From an uncultured Gemmatimonadaceae bacterium (GTDB lineage Bacteria > Gemmatimonadota > Gemmatimonadetes > Gemmatimonadales > Gemmatimonadaceae): a DNA stretch of 64,000 bases. Position numbers and translations under genes: made by a program. The DNA lies in assembly GCA_963740355.1 (NCBI GenBank), contig CAVUDW010000003.1:2272001-2336000 (forward strand), written 5' to 3'. Positions 61,632 to 64,000 of this stretch are shown here, piece after piece (position 1 is the stretch's first letter; every line of letters starts with the position of its first letter). The notes beneath the pieces are model-generated. The model saw only the letters and a list, made by a program, of their open reading frames with translations, was not told where the DNA came from and searched no databases.

Positions 61632-62220
61632 GGCTGGCGGGCTGCAGCGAGATCCGAAACCGTTTGCCGGGCGTGCCACCATGACTCTCGGGTTTGGAAA
61701 AATTTTCGACGAAAATCCCACCATTTGATTCGATCACTCGCTGGGATGCTACGTTCGCGGCATCCGTTGTGAGCTCGACGAACGGGAGGTCAAGCGACAC
61801 GAGTTCGGGCAGCAACAGCGCGAGCGCGCGCGTCGCATAGCCGCGACGCCGTTTCCATGGTACGACCGAATAGCCGATGTGTCCGAGACACGTCGGAGGG
61901 AGCGCCGTCGTTCCTGGCTGCCACCGCACATTGATGGCGCCTGAGAATTCACCGTCCCAGAGCCAGCGCGTGAAGCCAGGAAGCCGAGGCACCGACGAAC
62001 CATCCGGAAGCACAATCGCCGGTCCGCGCGCGGCGCGGTCGACTTGCGCCTCGACGAATTGCGCCGGATCCTGCGCGATGCGCGCCAACTCGTCGTGCGC
62101 GGCGTCCGCCCGTTGCGTATCCGGCGACCAACCTTGGCGGAGTGCCGCGGCGTAGCTCGGTAGAAACTCCGCGGCGGGCCAGACGAGTTCCACGGTGAAC
62201 ACGCGCAGTGGTGAAGCCAC
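61588..62220 (-). CDS. Cassette gene: GNAT acetyltransferase
   Basis: GHIGYSVVPWKRRRGYA, NVASQRVIESNGG; start GTG overlaps the attC core; 3' end reads into site 4. Confidence 0.9.
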   Translation of the reverse strand: MASPLRVFTVELVWPAAEFLPSYAAALRQGWSPDTQRADAAHDELARIAQDPAQFVEAQVDRAARGPAIVLPDGSSVPRLPGFTRWLWDGEFSGAINVRWQPGTTALPPTCLGHIGYSVVPWKRRRGYATRALALLLPELVSLDLPFVELTTDAANVASQRVIESNGGIFVENFSKPESHGGTPGKRFRISLQPASHLARVAADNAADHR

Positions 62221-62314
62221 CTAACGAGACGGGGTCCTGTTGCAATGCGACCGCACGATCGTTCTCCTGCGCACGATACCTCGGTCGCATTGTCAGCAGC
62301 AACCAGGGTTAGAC
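62219..62314 (-). repeat. attC-like site 5
   Basis: ACCTAAC GAGACGGGG TCCTGTTGCAATGCGACCG...CGGTCGCATTGTCAGCAGCAA CCAGG GTTAGAC; 96 bp. Confidence 0.9.
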
Positions 62315-62459
62315 CTCAGGCGCACGAATGCCCTCGCTCTCGACGGCGAAGTGAGCATGTGGCGATCAGCCGTACCCACACGTTGCCACAACCTTCCGCC
62401 GCCCAGCTATTGCCGCTGAACTAGTGAGCGGCGCCTTGACCGCGATCCGTTGCCAGCGG

Positions 62460-62807
62460 CTAGAGGTCCCACCCGAGGAAATGACGGACGTCATCTATGG
62501 CGTCGTAGGCGTGCCCAGAGACGTAGGTGTCCGGATCCAGGAGGGCCGAACGGAGGAATGGTTCCACACGCGCCCGGTCCAACTGCCCGAAACGCCGCGC
62601 AAGATGCCCAAAGCCCAGGATGGCGTTCCCCCGCACGTTGAAGTGGGAGTGCGCAGCCAGCCGGAGACAGACTCCCTGAGTCCACTCCAGATTGTCCGAG
62701 TACAGCGATGCGGCAACCGGCACGTAGAGCAACTCTGCCGGGTCATCCCGCAGGATCGCCGCTTCTGCGGCTGCTTCACCGAGAAAATCGAGTGACTCGT
62801 ACTGCAT
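62460..62807 (-). CDS. Cassette gene: small HEAT-like hypothetical protein
   Basis: 115 aa; H.NVRGNAILGFGHLARRF, AL.DPD.YV; sole ORF filling the cassette in array orientation. Confidence 0.75.
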   Translation of the reverse strand: MQYESLDFLGEAAAEAAILRDDPAELLYVPVAASLYSDNLEWTQGVCLRLAAHSHFNVRGNAILGFGHLARRFGQLDRARVEPFLRSALLDPDTYVSGHAYDAIDDVRHFLGWDL

Positions 62808-62829
62808 GGAAGCAATGAGCTTTGCTGAG

Positions 62830-62925
62830 GTCTAACGAGACAGGGTTCTGCTGCAATGCGACCGCACGTTCCTTCTCCTGCTCACGGCACCCCGGTCGCA
62901 TTGTCAGCAGCCACCCGGGTTTGGC
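62830..62925 (-). repeat. attC-like site 6
   Basis: GTCTAAC GAGACAGGG TTCTGCTGCAATGCGACCG...CGGTCGCATTGTCAGCAGCCA CCCGG GTTTGGC; 96 bp. Confidence 0.9.
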
Positions 62926-62950
62926 GGCCGCGCAAACGCTCGCGGCTTGA

Positions 62951-63493
62951 TCAATCGCAGTCGCTATACCCGGTGTGGCGGCCGCAGTGCAAACAGCGAA
63001 AGATATAGGCCACGGGACTACCCGATGCGTCCATCTCCGCGAACCACGATTCCCAGTCGCTGCCCGACATCTCTGACTCGCGTCGAAGGTCCGGAATCGC
63101 GTCCGGGAAGCGCGTGACGATCTCCTCTTGCCCGGCTGTGCCGAGGTATGCAGCGGCGTCGCCGCAGCAGACGGCCCAACGCTCCTGCTGCCATCCACTG
63201 AACCCGGGCGTTCGAAATGCGACCTCAGCGATCACGTCCGCGGAAGCTACCGGCCAAATGCCGCCGCCAATGCCGTCTGAGTCGGTGCACTCCGCATCAA
63301 ACATCTCGTGTACGGAGCCATCGGCGATACACCACGGACATACCGTGCCATGCAGTTCGTCCACGGCGTAGACCGGGCCGACGTACATAAACCCGCGCAC
63401 CCGATGGCAGCACCGACATGTGTCGCGAGATTGGACAATGCTTCCGGTCGCAATCGGATCCGGATGATGACGGAACGTAGGCAATGCTTCCAC
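62951..63493 (-). CDS. Cassette gene: CbrC (UPF0167) family protein
   Basis: LPTFRHHPDP..TG, CPWCIADG, RTPGFSGWQQE.W, YIFRCLHCG; start probably GTG 63493. Confidence 0.85.
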   Translation of the reverse strand: MEALPTFRHHPDPIATGSIVQSRDTCRCCHRVRGFMYVGPVYAVDELHGTVCPWCIADGSVHEMFDAECTDSDGIGGGIWPVASADVIAEVAFRTPGFSGWQQERWAVCCGDAAAYLGTAGQEEIVTRFPDAIPDLRRESEMSGSDWESWFAEMDASGSPVAYIFRCLHCGRHTGYSDCD

Positions 63494-63520
63494 GGGTGCG
63501 CTGCTCAATGATGACTGACC

Positions 63521-63616
63521 GCCTAACGAAACTGGGTTCGGCTGCAATGCGACCGCGCGATCCTTCTCCTGCTCACGATAGCCCGGTCGCATTGTCAGCA
63601 GCAACCCGGGTTAGGG
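63521..63616 (-). repeat. attC-like site 7
   Basis: GCCTAAC GAAACTGGG TTCGGCTGCAATGCGACCG...CGGTCGCATTGTCAGCAGCAA CCCGG GTTAGGG; 96 bp. Confidence 0.9.
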
Positions 63617-63688
63617 CGCACGCTCACGTCCTGCCACACGATCCGCCCCCCCGGCGCCTGCCGCGTAATCGCCCGCCAGCGTCGAGGC

Positions 63689-64000
63689 TCACTGCAGTCG
63701 CCTCTGCAGATCAATGACGGATGCACGCCACGCATCGCCTTCGTCCGACTCAGCCCACAACTCCGCCAGCTCCGAACTTTCGAGCACCAGCGCCACTGCG
63801 CGGCGCGTGTTTTCCACGAGCTCGTCGCCAAGGTCAAACCCGGCCAGTTTTCGCACGTACGCGGCAACATCCGGAGGCAGGTCCAAGGAAGGTCGGCCAC
63901 GGATACCGGCGATGATCTCCGCGGCAGCCAACCCTTCCTCGCATACGGGGGCTTCGAGATAATCGGGCGCGAGATCCAAGATCGCTTGAACCGCGACTCC
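63689..64000 (-). CDS. Cassette gene: DUF4259-like protein (5' end outside window)
   Basis: LAAAEIIA, SELAELW.ES, W...V.DL..RL; frame open to the window edge. Confidence 0.75.
   Translation of the reverse strand, partial: GVAVQAILDLAPDYLEAPVCEEGLAAAEIIAGIRGRPSLDLPPDVAAYVRKLAGFDLGDELVENTRRAVALVLESSELAELWAESDEGDAWRASVIDLQRRLQ

Larger units (their letters stand above)
59210..64000 (-). mobile_element. Integron-type gene-cassette array (integrase not in window)
   Basis: Seven attC-like sites alternating with 0.5-1 kb co-oriented cassettes; the two ends of each cassette are mutually complementary. Confidence 0.9.

Noticed and set aside
62776..63604. ORF-track N-terminal extensions such as MLLTMRP...ALQQNPVSL shared by several ORFs
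   Set aside because: These are translations of the attC repeat, not a shared protein domain.
59210..63616. Regular repeats as a CRISPR array
   Set aside because: Repeats are about 96 bp with variable centres and the 'spacers' are 0.5-1 kb genes; no cas genes.

Overview
High-GC bacterial DNA; the gene repertoire is Gemmatimonadota-like (inference only). No rRNA, tRNA or CRISPR array seen. From 1 to about 52 kb it is mostly peptidases/amidohydrolases, two signalling modules, a purine-salvage pair, psd and many small stand-alone minus-strand genes (GNAT, VOC, DinB, DUF1801, DHFR-like). The main signal is at the right end (59.2-64 kb): an integron-type gene-cassette array with seven attC-like hairpin sites (six 96-97 bp, one 144 bp) separating minus-strand cassettes. 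Each cassette's two ends are complementary over 9-14 bp, the footprint expected from insertion of circular cassettes. The sites have an atypical 4/8-nt spacer geometry. No integrase is in the window; orientation predicts attI/intI beyond 64 kb if present. The array decays leftwards (eroded sites at about 54-56 kb) and is interrupted by a block of two paralogous PEP-CTERM genes bracketed by a 17-bp direct repeat inside what looks like an IS91-family transposase remnant. Also seen: two REP-like palindromic clusters (48.6 and 52.3 kb), a near-consensus promoter/operator attached to an apparent deletion scar (49.5 kb), an apparent ATT-start hydrolase, and several single-base frameshifts that may be assembly errors. 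All family assignments are from motif recognition, not database searches.
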